DNA from: the human T2T-CHM13v2.0 reference genome, Homo sapiens
Length of the DNA stretch: 64,000 nucleotides
Reading direction: 5' to 3' (one strand)
Assembly: GCF_009914755.1 (NCBI RefSeq)
Contig: NC_060934.1
Part shown: one piece after another, positions 1 to 14,492 of the stretch
Layout of the letters: each line of letters begins with the position of its first letter
Numbering within the stretch: the stretch's first letter is position 1
Position numbers and translations under genes: made by a program
Notes under the pieces: generated by a model
What the model was told of the DNA's origin: nothing
The model's database searches: none
Seen by the model: only the letters and a program-made list of their open reading frames with translations

Positions 1-227
<227 letters not shown>

Positions 228-1020
228 TAATTCTTCAAGTTTGAATTCAGTACCCATTATTTGTTGTACAAAATAGTTCTTGCAGTCTCCTGATTACATT
301 TTAGCTCCTCTCATTTATGGAAGACCCCATCCACAGTTCTTTGCAATTTTTGTAAAGGACCAGAACTATTTACTCATCATCTCTGAGGTCAAGTAGGGAA
401 GAGATTTCCTGTCATAGATTTTCTTCAAAATAATACAGCTCAAGTGTCACTGGACTATCAAACGAATGCCATATTGATTTAATAGATAGTAGCTCTTAAA
501 TGAAGTGAAAGGACCTTTGCTTAATTAATTCAGTAATTAATTCGGTACACATTTATTGTGTGCCTGTCACATGCCCCCACTGGAAGGAACATCTGCCTGT
601 CATTCTGTGCTTACTAAACCAGAGGAATCAAACCATGCAATAATAGTTGGCATTTATTTGGGTTCATAACACATGTTGAGCTCTGTGCTAAGGATTCTTC
701 ACACATAATTTTATTTAATCTTCTGAACCATCTGTTCAGGTAGGTATTATGATCTTTATTTCAAACATCAGGAAGCTGAGCCTTACATGGTTTATCTCTC
801 TGAAACCGTAACAGTACAGCTGGGGTTGGCCCTACTTGGCCTAAGTCCACGTATGGCCGGGAATCACCTTAGGTCCCTGACAAGTTCTCCTTTGAGATAA
901 TATCAAGAATGGAATAAAGATAAGAGGGTTGAATCTGGAGAAATCATGAAAGGTGTGAAGTCAAGTCACTTTATAGCCGTTATTGTTAGATTGTGGCTGT
1001 TTATTTCATAGATTGTATTA

Positions 1021-1321
1021 TTTTTTGTTTTGAGACAGGGTCTTGCTCTGTCACTCAGGCTGGAGTGCAGTAACATGAACACAGCTCATGGCAGCCTCAA
1101 CCTCCTGGGCTCAAGTGATCCTACCACCTCAGCCTCGTAAGCAGCTGGGGTTACAGGTGTGAGCCACCCCACCCAGCTAATTTAAATTTTTTTTTTTTTT
1201 TTGTAGAGACAGGATTTTGCCGTGTTGCCCAGGCTGGTCTCAAACTCCTGGACTCAAGCAGTAGTCCCACCTCAGACTCCCAAAGTGCTGGGATTACCGG
1301 CCTGAGCCACTGTGCCCAGCT
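1021..1321 (-). mobile_element. AluJ
   Basis: Dimeric Alu with J diagnostics (gggctcaag). Confidence 0.9.
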
Positions 1322-1587
1322 AGATTGTATTATCGATAACCCTGTTGTTGCCTGTTTATTTATAAAGCCATCACTCCTTAATTTTAAATTGTTGTAAATG
1401 TATTGTTCCAGCTGTCTGAGTCTGTAATACCTTGCATCTTCCCAGGGCTCAGATAAAGCTAACTAACCTCTCCTCTAAGAAGTCCTCCCTGATCACGCAG
1501 GCGATGCTGCTCTCTCCCTCCATGAACTTCTAAGCACAGCCACTGACACCTTTCACTGCACATTGCTTCTTAACGTTTTCCTCTTGA

Positions 1588-1947
<360 letters not shown>

Positions 1948-2440
1948 TAAACGTAGGAACACCATTTATGACTTTTGAGGAATCACAGAGGTGAAAAGGG
2001 CTGAATAGTTTCAGGGTATGTTGAATTGTCTTGTAGAGAATTCAAGAAGACCTTGGCAGGTGGAGAAGCTCTATCAAACATCACTGTCAGTTTGTTAATC
2101 CCTCCAAGAATCCAGCCTGAAAGAAATGAAGTCCATGTAAAGACTCATAAAGACCAAATAAGTGTTTTACGTGGAAAATAAATTAGCAAATTCACTGTCA
2201 AATTCCAAATGGCAAGGAAGCATGGAAAGTTGCAGTTTAATGTCCTCAACAAACTTGTCACTGATGGCCAGATGACAAAGCCTGTCAGAGAAACCAGGAG
2301 TCACTTTGGAAACAGACTGCTCTGATACACAGCATTCATTCCTGGGCCAGTCTCAGAAGACTAGAAGAGGGTGCACCATGAAATCTCAAAAAAAAATGTA
2401 CTTGACTGCACAGAAGTTTCCTTTCAATTTTGAGGGTATT

Positions 2441-2478
2441 TTGGAAGGCAGCTATACGCACCACTATACTACCAACGC
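2441..2478 (-). pseudogene. tRNA-Gly(TCC) 5'-half retro-fragment, copy 1
   Basis: Reverse complement GCGTTGGTAGTATAGTGGTGCGTATAGCTGCCTTCCAA matches nt 1-38 of the recalled human tRNA-Gly-TCC (GCGTTGGTGGTATAGTGGTGAGCATAGCTGCCTTCCAA) at 35/38. No T-arm or B-box. Confidence 0.85.
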
Positions 2479-2497
2479 CACACAATTTGAGGGTATT

Positions 2498-2535
2498 TTG
2501 GAAGGCAGCTCTGCTCACCACTATACTACCAACGC
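2498..2535 (-). pseudogene. tRNA-Gly(TCC) 5'-half retro-fragment, copy 2
   Basis: Reverse complement GCGTTGGTAGTATAGTGGTGAGCAGAGCTGCCTTCCAA, 36/38 match. Ends in the anticodon loop. Confidence 0.88.
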
Positions 2536-2949
2536 CGCACAATTTGAGGGTATTTTGGAAGCTGTGTGGATTCTACCTATGAAAAGGAGTACTTGTCATG
2601 GGAGTCTTTTATGGGAAGTAAAATACATTTGAAAGTCTACTCCAGTTGCATCATTCCATGTAGTATAGGGTTTTTCTCTTGGGAGACACATTATGAGTCA
2701 GATAGGGCAGACCCAACTCGTTTCTTTATCATCAAGACTTCCCAGATCTGGCCCTGTCTGCTAAGTATATCACTATTTGTTCAGTGTAATGGGGAAGTAA
2801 GAATTGCCATACTAAAAATATGCCAAAGTATTCTGAGAGGCCTAAAGAACAGCGAAGAGGTAAAGAAAACAGTATGCTGATGGAAAGAAATGCTAAATGG
2901 AATAAAGGAACCTGTTCATGACCCATCTATCTGATGACAAACATTTATT

Positions 2950-3126
2950 GGGATTGCAGGTACAGGCCACCATGGTTGGCTAATTTTTTTTTTTTTTTTA
3001 ATTTTCTTGTAGAGATGGGGTCTTGCCATCTTGCCCAGGCTGGTCTCAAACTCCTGGGCTCAAGCGACCTTCCCGCCTTGGCCTTCAAAGTGCTGAGATT
3101 ACAGGCATGAGCCACCATATTTGGCC
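2950..3126 (-). mobile_element. Alu, partial (left arm plus part of right arm)
   Basis: Alu similarity. Confidence 0.85.
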
Positions 3127-3479
3127 TTTCACAAAGTTTTGTACCATGTCCTGGGCCCTATATTAGGTTCAGGGCATGAAATGTGAGACAAAGCAGTCAT
3201 GGTGCTTCTCTTTATGACTCTTAGTCTGTTAGGTGAAAGAGACGGTAATAGAATAACCACATAGAGTAATGTAAAATTGTAACTATGATTGGTTCCAGGA
3301 AGGGGAGAGTACATAGTACTTTAAACCCCTCACAAAAGGAAAGTGTTACCTAATCCAGTAAAAACACCTGAAACTCAAGGATTAAAGTATCACCTCTCTT
3401 AAAAAACAAAACCTCCCAGATTTAGCTAGAAGCACTCATGATCATATGTGTCTGTGTCTCTACACATAATATATATATT

Positions 3480-3749
3480 ATTTATTTATTTATTTTAGAG
3501 ATGGGATGGTACTCTGTTGCCCAGGCTGGAGTATAGTGATGCAATCATAGCTCACCATAGCCTCAAGTTCCTGGGCCCAAGTGGCTGGGACCACAGGTGT
3601 ATGCCACCATGCTTAGCTAATTTTATTTTGGTAGAGGAAGGGTCTCACTATGATGCCCAGGCTGACCTTGAACTCCTGGCCTTAAGAAATCCTCTAGCCT
3701 TGGCCTCCCAAAGTGTTGAGATTACAGGAGTGAGCCACCACACCCAGCC
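3480..3749 (-). mobile_element. AluJ
   Basis: Dimeric Alu with a small deletion. Confidence 0.85.
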
Positions 3750-5341
3750 TATGATACTGATTCTCGCCTACTTCTAAGGTCAGCCTGAGAGCACCGTCAT
3801 CACTGACATACGACCATCATGGCAGAGCAGAATGAGAAGAGCTGACGATTACATCAACATCTAGAGAGACTTCTTATTGTGCCATTATCTGATGAGTTAA
3901 ATCTTTAGGGAGTTCCAGTTCATGTACCAACAGAAAGGCTGAATTGCAGGGGAGGGGGACTGGAATGGAAAGTTCAAGCAGCAGCCTCCATATTGCTTAT
4001 CTAGTGTCCCAGTAGGACATCCCATGGGTTGAGTTATTTTTCAGCTGTACAACCTGGTACAACTTAGATTGCTGTACAAATAATGGCACTTTTGCTGCTA
4101 AATGGACTATTCAAATATGCTCAAAATTTTTACAAATGAGCTACTTTTTCCAAGGTAGCATACAAATTCCAACATAATTCAAGTTACATGAAGACAAGGC
4201 CTTAGCTGTCTTATTCTGTATCTGTAGCACCTGACAGTCTCCATCCTGCCATAGGTGCTCAGTAAATATTAGTTAAATGAATGGGTCTATCTAAGTGATT
4301 GGTTGGATGTCACAATCTGCCTTTTGCATCCAGTTGCACTGCAGCAAATATTTCATCTTTTTCTAACAAGAGGAAGATCATACAAGGTTTCATGCTTGAG
4401 GAAGCATTTTCCCAACTCAAAATCTTCTGTGTCTGCAATCTACCATTGCTCTGGTTGCAAACCTGGCTTTGACCTTCAGCTCTGTAGTGACTTTTGGGTT
4501 GGTTCTCTGTACTTAAGTGGGACAGTTGTCCGACATTAGCTCATCTCTCAATCACTACCTCTGACCTTTGTGCGTGCCCATATCTACTTTGTCTCTTTGG
4601 TTTGCCCTGACACTCAGTTTGCAGAGATGCAGGCTTTTGTCTCTGGATCTTTATTCTCTGTCTCTGATCTCATTACCCACATGACTATGATTGTCAAACC
4701 TCCAGCTTCCAAGGGGCAGCATGCCAGCAGACAGCCAGTGGGCTGAAACAACATGCATGGGGCCAGTTGCTTGCTGACTACAAGGCAGCCAGAGTTTCAC
4801 AGGTGCTGTTGCATGGCACCATTACAGAGGGCCAAAGAGGGATTTTCTAGAGCCACGCTATCTAGGTGCAGAGTTAAGGGGCTCATCTTATTTCTTCAAG
4901 TTCTTTTGTAAATTAGATGCTAGTTTTATTTATTGATAATACTTTTGCTTAAAAAGATGTTTTCTCTGAATATGAAAGTCAAACATTTTTATTATAGATA
5001 ATTTGGAAAACATAAGGTGTTACAAAGTAAACACATGATCCCTGTCTTACCATCTAGACATACTTAGCAAACCCTGCTAATGCCTAGATCCTGTTTAGAT
5101 GCCGTGAGGTAGGAACCCTGTCTTGTGGTGTATGTGTCACATAAGCCACAGGGACCACTTCCTTCCTATTTAAGGTGACTTCCACCTTCCCTCCTTCATG
5201 CAACCCCAGAACTGGGCATTATCATCTCACTACAGCAATGCTTTCCAGCAGCCAATATGGTGCCAGGCTTAGAGTAGCTTTCAGGCCCCTGCAACCTGTT
5301 TTGGAAGAAAGCTGTGTATCAATCAAGAAAGCAGCTGGCCT

Positions 5342-5781
5342 TGTGACAGAGATGGTTAGCTGCCTGCCAAAGCCTATCCTCTCCCTCCGTAGGACAGACC
5401 TATAGCTAGGAAGCAGTGTGCAAACATAAGCTACATTGCCTGGCCCCCTTTGTAGTCAGGTACAAAGTCCTCATGTGACTGGTCCTCACAGAGACAATGT
5501 GAGCAGGTGTGTGGCATCTTGGGGTCAAGGCCTTTAAGAAGTAGGTGTGCCTCCTCCATCTCCTCCACCAGCTTGCTGCAGATACTTAGGAGTAGAAGAT
5601 AATGGAGCTACACATGAAAGGAACCTGGGTCCCTAGCTATCACATTGGGGAAGGCCACCTTTGCAGCTAAGCACACCCACCAGGGACCACAACTTGAGCA
5701 AGAAATAAATTCTAGAGTGTTGGCATCACAATAAGTCTTGGGTCTATTTGTTACTGGAACCTTGGCGACCTTAACTAATAT
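5342..5781 (+). mobile_element. MaLR LTR (MLT1-like)
   Basis: TG start; 3' end gaaataaa...tttgttactg...actaatata is typical of MLT1. Confidence 0.6.
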
Positions 5782-6299
5782 AGTCCTGCCAAATGCCTAG
5801 TGAATGCATTAATAAATGAAGGCACTAAGATCACAGCAGATGATATTCTGCCACTACATTGGAGTTTACAGAGGTTGAGCAGGAAAGACAAACTTAAATA
5901 CATCTTCTGAGAGGAACTATTATAGAGGTCTGTGCCTAGCTGTTTTCAAAATGTCCATTGAGTTTGCTATTGAAAAAACCAACTCATTTTAATCCTCTGT
6001 TCATGGAGCAATATTTCATAGGCTAAAACCTTATGCAAATTAGTTGCTGGAGAAAGAAATAGAAATATTTCTATAGAAATATGCAATAGAAATATGCAAA
6101 CCACAACTGCCATTAGGACCGCTAGAGCCATTCAGATAAGCAAAACTAATTGATGCAACCAGGGACTGACCATTCATGAGCACATGCAATGGTGTAGATA
6201 GTTCAGTCCTCTTCTCCAATAAGAAATGTCCCAGAGATTAGGTGCTTTGAGATCCCCCAGCTAAACTGAGGTTCCAGTGCCAGGGCGGCTAGCAACCCT

Positions 6300-7353
6300 G
6301 CCCCAACGGTAAATGAAGGGGAGCTGAATCGGGATGGTTAACATGTGCCTTTCACAGCACCCTTCTTTTACCTGGAGGATGGCTTAATGTCTACCTGTGA
6401 CCAGGGGTCCCTCATATGGGAAATTTGTTTATACTTGCAGATGCCCTTGTCTGACCATGGCTCTGGTGCTGGGAGCCTGACCTGTGTTCTCCCTGGCATC
6501 CGAGGGGAAAACTCAGCCTGGGGCAGCCCCTGGTCCTTCAGATGGAAGGCACAAATTCAATACACCACCACAGTATGGAACAAATTGAAAGGTTTTTATC
6601 TACAGATTCTAGGCAACGAGAGTGCAATGAGCTGGGAGGGCAGTCCTCTGTCCCTGGGTTACCAGTGGCAGGAATGAAGGGTCAGGCAGAGGCATGAACA
6701 GCATGCTGCACCCAGCGGTGCAGAAAGTGCCTGACCTGTGGTGGTTTGACTTCCAATTTCTGGACTTTACTGTGGTGCAAAAGCCATATGCATTCAGTAG
6801 AAACTACTTCAAGGACCCATACAGCCATTCTATTTTTCACTTTCAGTACCATGTTCAATAAATTACATGAGACATTCAATGCTTATTATAAAATAGGACT
6901 TGTGTTAGGTGATTTTGCCTAACTCTAGGCTAATGTTAAGTGTTCTGAGTATGATGAAGGTAGGCTAGGCTGAGCTATGATGTTCTATAGGTTAGGTGTA
7001 TCAATGCATTTCTACTTAGGGTATTTTCAACTTATGATGGGTTTATTGGGACCATAGCCCCATCGTAAGTCAAGAAGCATCTGTATAAAGGAATAGGGCA
7101 TGGGTCACTTTAAGTTCATTGGCAAATGTCTCAATGGGTAGTTTAAAGGAAGTGTTGGGAAAGTAGGGAGCCCAGCCTGCTAGGCGGGAGAGATGCTTTT
7201 AAGTGTTTATCTCTGGCCATTGGCTTAAACCATTTGGGTGTGGAGTAGAACTGGAAACTGTGTCAAAGGTGACTGAGCCTTGCTTCTGGTCTGATAAAGT
7301 TAAACTTCTATTCAAAACGAAGGCCAAGGCCACATAACATAAGAGCTCATTAC
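6300..7353 (-). mobile_element. ERVL-type LTR (MER54/MER73-like) interrupted by the MITE
   Basis: The minus strand begins tgtaatgag...ccagaagcaaggctcagtcacctttgacacagtttccagttc. Left boundary uncertain. Confidence 0.6.
6721..7083 (-). mobile_element. MER47A-like (Tigger5-derived) MITE
   Basis: Terminal inverted repeats cagaaagtgcctgac / gtcaagaagcatctg followed by TA; ~363 bp. Confidence 0.8.
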
Positions 7354-8664
7354 ATGAGGGCATTAAGTACTTTTATTTAGTAATATACCCCCAGAGCAAA
7401 GTCCCTGCCTGGTAGCTAAGCTGCAGCTATAAATTCTGTGAAGTGTGATAGGTTTGGCTACAAAATTCTGACAAACCCACTAGGCTTGGTTGTAAATTCT
7501 TGGAAGTCTGTTTATTTCCAAAGCTGTGATGAACAATGAATGCAGAAATCTAAGTGACTTCTTACTGAATTTTAAAAGTACAGTTTAGCATTGCCCCTCG
7601 AATGCCTGTGAATTTGTATTATGGGAAAGCAGTGGCCCAAAGATTTATTCAACTAGGTGCAAAAGAGCAAGGCTTTATTGTATAACTGCTCCACTCAAAG
7701 CCGTATCTCCTAAGCACTATGGCTGGCAGGCACCACCTCTGCCATCGTAGCTGAGGGAGGTATGTGCCCGCTTACTCTCTGCCTGAACCCCCACCAGCAG
7801 ACAGACCAGTGTAAATCATAATCATTCCAAATAGCTCAAGATTTTCATCAAACAATGCAATCATTGTCATGAAAAGTAAATCTAGCTGACATTTATCCTG
7901 AGTATTTAATTAGTAGGAGTTACCCAGTAAGACATGGCAGGTTGTGGGGCATGTGCTGGCATTTTCCCTTCCCCAGGTAAAGGCACATGTATATGTGTGT
8001 TTCAGTTGCATCCTATTCCGAAGCTTGTAGTGAGTTTCTGAAACATAGTATCCCCATGGCTAAAAACAAGGATTTATGTGTAGCTGAATCCATTTGCCCT
8101 TCTTGGAGATTCCAAGGAGGGGATGAAGGAGGAGATAACGGCCACATCATATCCCCTCTCAAACCCCCTCTGGCTTTCAGAACTGATCTCCAAGCAGACC
8201 ATGCCCTCAGGGTTCTGTGCTTGGGCATGGACATGGAATGCTTTTCCCTGGTAACAGGTGAGGAGCATAAAAATAAATGAATGTGTCCCCACAATGCATT
8301 GGTTGCCGGCACCCCAGATGCTCGGAGGCTGGGGTACACCTTCATCATTGTCTCCAGGTGTGTTCCCCAGAAGGAGAGCAGGCAGAGGGGCTGTTGGACA
8401 GCATCATTCAGTTTCGGGGAGGCCATGCATGCAAATTCTCCCACTGTGCCCTTGGAGGTCAGACAGTGTCTCAGAGGAGGGGCAGCATGATCCTAACTGC
8501 CTTCTGTGGGGCCATCTCTAAGCCATCCTCTGCTACTGCCAGAGCATCTTTCTAAAGCACAAATCTCCTCTTGTCACTCCCCTGCTGAGGTTGACTGTGT
8601 TGACTCCCTGCGCCTTCTGGATAAAGTCCATCCCCTTAGCAGATACACTAGCCTTTTTTTTTTC

Positions 8665-9680
8665 CTTTTCATAATCAACTTTATTGAGGTACAATTTACG
8701 CACAATAAAATGCACTGATGTCCCAAGTATAGTTCAATCATTGTCGACAAGTGGATTTATCCATGGAACCTCTGCCACCATGATCAGGATCTAGAAGAAT
8801 TTGCTCACACCCTTTCATTTCCATCCCTTCCCCTTGTCTCCAGCCCCTGGAAAGTATTGGTCTGCTTTGTGTCACTGTACTTTTGTCATTTAAAAAATTT
8901 TTTTGTTTTAGAATTTCACATAAATGAATCATAGAGTATGTAGTAGTCTGTGTAGTCTGGCTTGTTTTCATCTATAAAGCTTTTGATATTTATTCATGAT
9001 GTGTGTATCAGAAGTTTGTTCTTTTTTTGTTTATTTTTTTGGCTGATGAGTATTCCATTGTGGGGACATAATCACAATTAGTCTATCCTTTCACCAGTTG
9101 GTGGACATTTGTGTTATTTTCCAGTTTTTTATATTCTGAATAAAGCTGCCAGGAACATTCATGTACATGTCTCTGTGAGCACCTTTTTTTACAAAAAGAG
9201 GCAGGGCCTCATTCTGTTGTCCAAACTGGAGTGCAGTGGCATGATTATAGCTCATTGCAGCCTTGAACCTCCAGGCTCAAGCGATCCCCTTACCTCAGCC
9301 TCCCAAGTGGCTGAGACTACAGGCACATGCCACCATGTCCAGCTAATTTTAAAATATTTTGTAGAGATGAGGTCTTACTATGTTTTCCAGGCTGGTCTCA
9401 AACTGTTGGCCTGAAGCAATCCTCCTGCCTTAGCCTCCCAAAGTGCTGGGATTACAGGTGTGAGCCACTGCACCCAGCAGTAAGCACATGCTTTAATTCC
9501 TCTCAGGTAAATGCCATTCCTGTATTGTATAGAAGTATATGTTTAACTTTAGAAGACTGTTGCAAACTAGTTTCCATGGTGACTGCAGCATTGTACAGTC
9601 CCTCCACTAGTGCTTGAGGGTTGTTTCATATCCTCATCAACATCTGGTATCATCCATCTTTTAATTTTAGCCACTCTAGT
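8665..9680 (-). mobile_element. Old L1M 3' end, interrupted by an AluJ
   Basis: ctttattgaggtacaatttac...gtattccattgtg...ttttaattttagccactctagt. Confidence 0.7.
9184..9478 (-). mobile_element. AluJ
   Basis: Dimeric Alu within L1M. Confidence 0.9.
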
Positions 9681-9756
9681 GAATTACACGAGGCCTTGAA
9701 GCCCACCTGTAAGTGTATTGCCCTTTTCTTCAGGTGGCCCCTCCTCTCCAGTCTCA

Positions 9757-10160
<404 letters not shown>

Positions 10161-11464
10161 TGAAAAAAATGAATCTCCCAACTTTAAAATGTCTTCTAAT
10201 TGAGGGGACTCATTCCCCATTAAAATGCGTACTCCACCATTCTTCAAATAATGGATGTGTGCATCTCTCTCCATGGATGCTCTGGCCTTCATTTGCAGAA
10301 CAGCTAATGATCCATCCAGCCACAGACTAGGAACAAGCAATACCGAGCAGGCCTTAGCAGGACTGAAGTTTTGGCTTTAGGCACTCTGCATCCACCAAAG
10401 CCATTTGCTCATTTAAAGGTGGATATCAAACACTCACTGTGTGAGTGCTTTGGTGAGGTTCTGAGGATCTGTGGAAGACTCCAGGGAAGGGGGAATGAGG
10501 GGGAAATGACCAGAAAAAGCTATAGGGAGGAGGTGTGATTGGAGAGGATGCTGAAGGAATGGCAGCAGCTGCATGGATGGAGAAATGGGGGAAAGATGTT
10601 TCTGGTGGCAGAGTTCATGCTCATGGAACTGAAAGGTGATGTTAATCACTAGTTGAGGTGAGAGCATGGTTACAGCAGAGGGTCCCTGTTGGAGGACTGC
10701 GGCACATTTATTAGAGGGGCCTGTGACCAACTGGGGGAGGCGCTAGAATGTTTGAGGGAGGACACTGAATTCTGCCTTACAGGTCAGGGGCTGGGAGGCA
10801 GGTGGGGGCAGAGCCATTCACCTATTTATTTTTAATGATGAGCTCAATATTTTAGAAAACGATTTCCATAACTAAATGGGAGAAAGGGCAGGGAGCCTGA
10901 GCCAGCTCAGAAGCCGTCTCAGACATCTGGGCTAGCTAGTGTCAGCTATCTGTGCCCCTAGACCCCCCAGAAATGGGTCACACCTTTAGCAGCTGTCCTG
11001 TTCATCACTCTACAAGAATGTTTCCTCAGGATGCTCACAGCTGCCATGAGGCTTCTCAGGTTGGATGGCTTTCTCTCTACCCTGGCCCCACCACCGATGG
11101 AGCAAAGCTTTTGTGTGGCAAGTCTAGTTTTATTTGACCATACTCGATATCCATCAGATAAGAAAAATGAACATTGGCATAGTGATTTAGAATTTACTAG
11201 ATATCTGGCAGTTCCTAGGTACCTGGGAACCATGACTGTCACTGGGCATATTGTAAAATTATGAATATGACCATCCAAGACTACTCTATGTATGCAGGTC
11301 AGAGGGCCCTTGAGGGGATAATTTGTGCAAAGTTCTACTTAGTGGTTAACAGCTTCTTTTGGTAGAAGTGGTACAGGCCCCCTGGGACTTGGCATGGGGG
11401 TTGAGAGGGGTGAAGGTGGGTCATTTCAATGGAAAAGACAAGTGGTGCCTTCTACACCATTGCC

Positions 11465-11781
11465 TTTTTTTCTTTTTCTTTGAGACAGGGTCTGCTCTGT
11501 TGCCCAGGCTGGAGTGCAGTGGAATGATCACAGCTGGAGTGTAGTGGCATGATCATGGCTCCCTCTAGTTTAGAATGCCTCAGCTCAAGCTGTCCTCCTG
11601 CCTCAGCCTCCCAGCTGGACTACAGGCATGTGCTACCACGCCTGGCTAATTTTTTTATTTTCCTAGAAACAGGATCTTGCTATGTTGCCCACGTTATTCT
11701 CAAACCCCTGTCCTCAAGCAATCCTCCTACCTTGGCCTCCCAAAGTGCTGGGATTACAGGTGTGAGCCACTGTGGCTGGCC
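11465..11781 (-). mobile_element. AluJ with an internal 25-bp duplication
   Basis: gctggagtg(c/t)agtgg(a/c)atgatca occurs twice at ~11508-11557. Confidence 0.85.
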
Positions 11782-13114
11782 AACTTTTGCATTTTTATCT
11801 GTCTTCAAAAGACACATACTGCCTTTCAGAACTGGTCATATTCCCAGGGAATAGTCACCGCACATCTCACAGTAGAAACACCCTACCTGAGGGTCCTGTG
11901 TGCAGAACATTCTGCAAAGACCCCCACAGAGGCCAGGTGGGCTTTGCAGCAGGCTTAGACAGTGGACACAGCCTGCAGCTGTGGCTGGGGCAGCACTGAG
12001 GTTTTAAAATTTTGATGGTCATTCCCAGCATTGCCCTTTGCGTTTAAACTATTAGAGCCAATATAAAACACTATAAGTTCGAATAAACTTGAAAGGATTC
12101 ATAGGCTATACATGGCTCCAGAGTCCCTACACAGAATCTTGTGGCCAGAGGGGCCTCTGTCTGGTCCTTGTGGTGGGGACTGGTTAATGCCCTGGTGAGG
12201 TTCTCAAGGGCGGGGGTGCAGCCTCAGACCAGGACTTGAGTTGACTAGAAAGTCTTTCTTCTCTCTCTCCACTTCACTGCCCCAGCCTATTTTTCTCTCC
12301 TGTCTTGACTTGGAATTGAAAACAGCTGGCCAACCTCCTTCCTCCTTGAAGGTGGTTTTTGAATTCTGTCCCTTCTCATTTTCACCCATAGGTTTTGCCC
12401 CTTGTCACTTACTGGGCACCTGAGGTATCACATCAGCATGAAAACTCATTACCTGCCCACCTGGTTCCGCTGCCTCAGCTCCTTCTTGGAAGCAGGTGGC
12501 CTCTACAGGATGAATATGTTTAAAAGGAAAAAGAAAAAAGGAAAGAAAAAAAAAGAAAACACTTCTGGTGTGTTGTTAGACTGGCTTCTTATTAGAGACA
12601 CAATCCTCATTTCAGCCATGTATATTTAAGCCACACAAAGGAGCTCATGAGTGGAAATATCTTTTTGTCAGGAATTGTCAGAGGCAGTGATTGAAAAACT
12701 ATAAGCTGCCAGGGGAATTGATCAGCCAGCTCAGGGAGACATCAGTATTGCTTATTTACAGGCAGACGGTGTTTCCATTTTGCTTAGTTACACATGTGCA
12801 GAGGTGTTTCCTCTTTCCACATGGAAGAAGTCCTGTGTAGGGGAGTAGGTTCCATGGAGTGAGCCGGGGGTGCCAAAGGCTTTTGGGCAGAGACCCTGCC
12901 CCTAGGGGCACACTGGCCTGGCTGTGGGAGCTGACCTGGGGAAGCATGTGTGTGGAACAGTGACAACCAGCAAGCTCAGGAAGAAACCACCTGGCAGTTA
13001 GTGGTGCCAGAGTGAACAGTGACAATGTTCAGGTCTGGCAGAGATGTCTGGGAATAACTCTGGGGCCAGGAAAGAATACTTCTGAATGTGATCATCAAAT
13101 TAAACATCAATTTC

Positions 13115-13548
<434 letters not shown>

Positions 13549-14458
13549 TATTAACTTCAGTGACTTTGGATTAATTAGTTTCATTTCACTTATATCCCTC
13601 TCACATTTTGGAGAGAGAAATATAGAAAAAGAAGAAAGAGGAGAGAGGGACAAAAGTTCTCAGACATTGGTGAAGTAACTGAAAGACTACAGGGTGAAAT
13701 TGAATACTGAGAAATGCGTTTGTCCCAGGTCATTTAAGTTGTTAAAATCTACTGTCATTGGATAGTAAAGAAAGAGCTGTTTAAACTTTGGCAGCTTGAT
13801 AGATTTTTTAAAAAGCCTCTTTTGCAAGGTTGACTTTAACATAAATCTTGAGCAAGCATAACATGTAAAACACCACTCAGGGCCATTACAGTTATGTTAA
13901 AGTTTTTATTTTCTCTCGCCAGCGGGATTTCTCTCTCCACTGGTATTATATGTGCCTGCCAAAACCATATAAAAAGGCTTCATGGAGAAAAGTTTCCAGT
14001 GCCAGAAGCCAATCCAGTTTTTTCCCAGATTTGAAGTTTAACACCGGGCCTGGAGACTGTTAGGAAATAGATGTTACAAAAGATGCGGAGTGAGGGAAGC
14101 CGGGAGGGAAGATGAATGAATTCAGTGTCCAGTGTTCCCAGGCTTCAGGGCAAAGGATGCAGATGCTTCAATTCATTACTGCGAGAGCTGAAGGGAGACA
14201 GAAGTTTGTGGTGTTTTTCAGTGACATTTATCTGCTCATCTGTCAGGAGTTTCTTTCTGTCAACAGGGATAAGCTGCTAAAAAACAAAACCACATGCAAC
14301 CCTGCAGCTCACAATAATCAGTTATGTACCTTGGCACTTTTCACACATATTGATGCCAACACAAGTCATCTTGTTTCCTCTCTCCCTCTTAAAATTAGGA
14401 ATTACAGAGAGGGCTATAGGGAAAAAAAATGATTGTCTCTAGTAAATAGCTTTGGTGA

Positions 14459-14492
14459 AACACACACGTATACACACACACACACACACACA
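14459..14492. repeat. (CA)n microsatellite
   Basis: Directly visible in the sequence. Confidence 0.9.

Larger units (their letters stand above)
2425..2561. repeat. 57-bp tandem repeat, ~2.4 units
   Basis: caattt(t)gagggtattttggaag occurs at 2425, 2483 and 2540. Confidence 0.95.

Noticed and set aside
2441-2535. Functional tRNA gene
   Set aside because: Only nt 1-38 are present. There is no T-arm, B-box or 3' acceptor strand.
2425-2561. CRISPR-like repeat-spacer appearance
   Set aside because: The 'spacers' are near-identical tRNA halves, the context is primate, and there are no cas genes.
2306-2632. 108-aa ORF with a 19-aa repeat (FEGILEG...)
   Set aside because: The repeat follows from the 57-bp period. 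It is antisense to tRNA fragments and has no support from splicing or homology.
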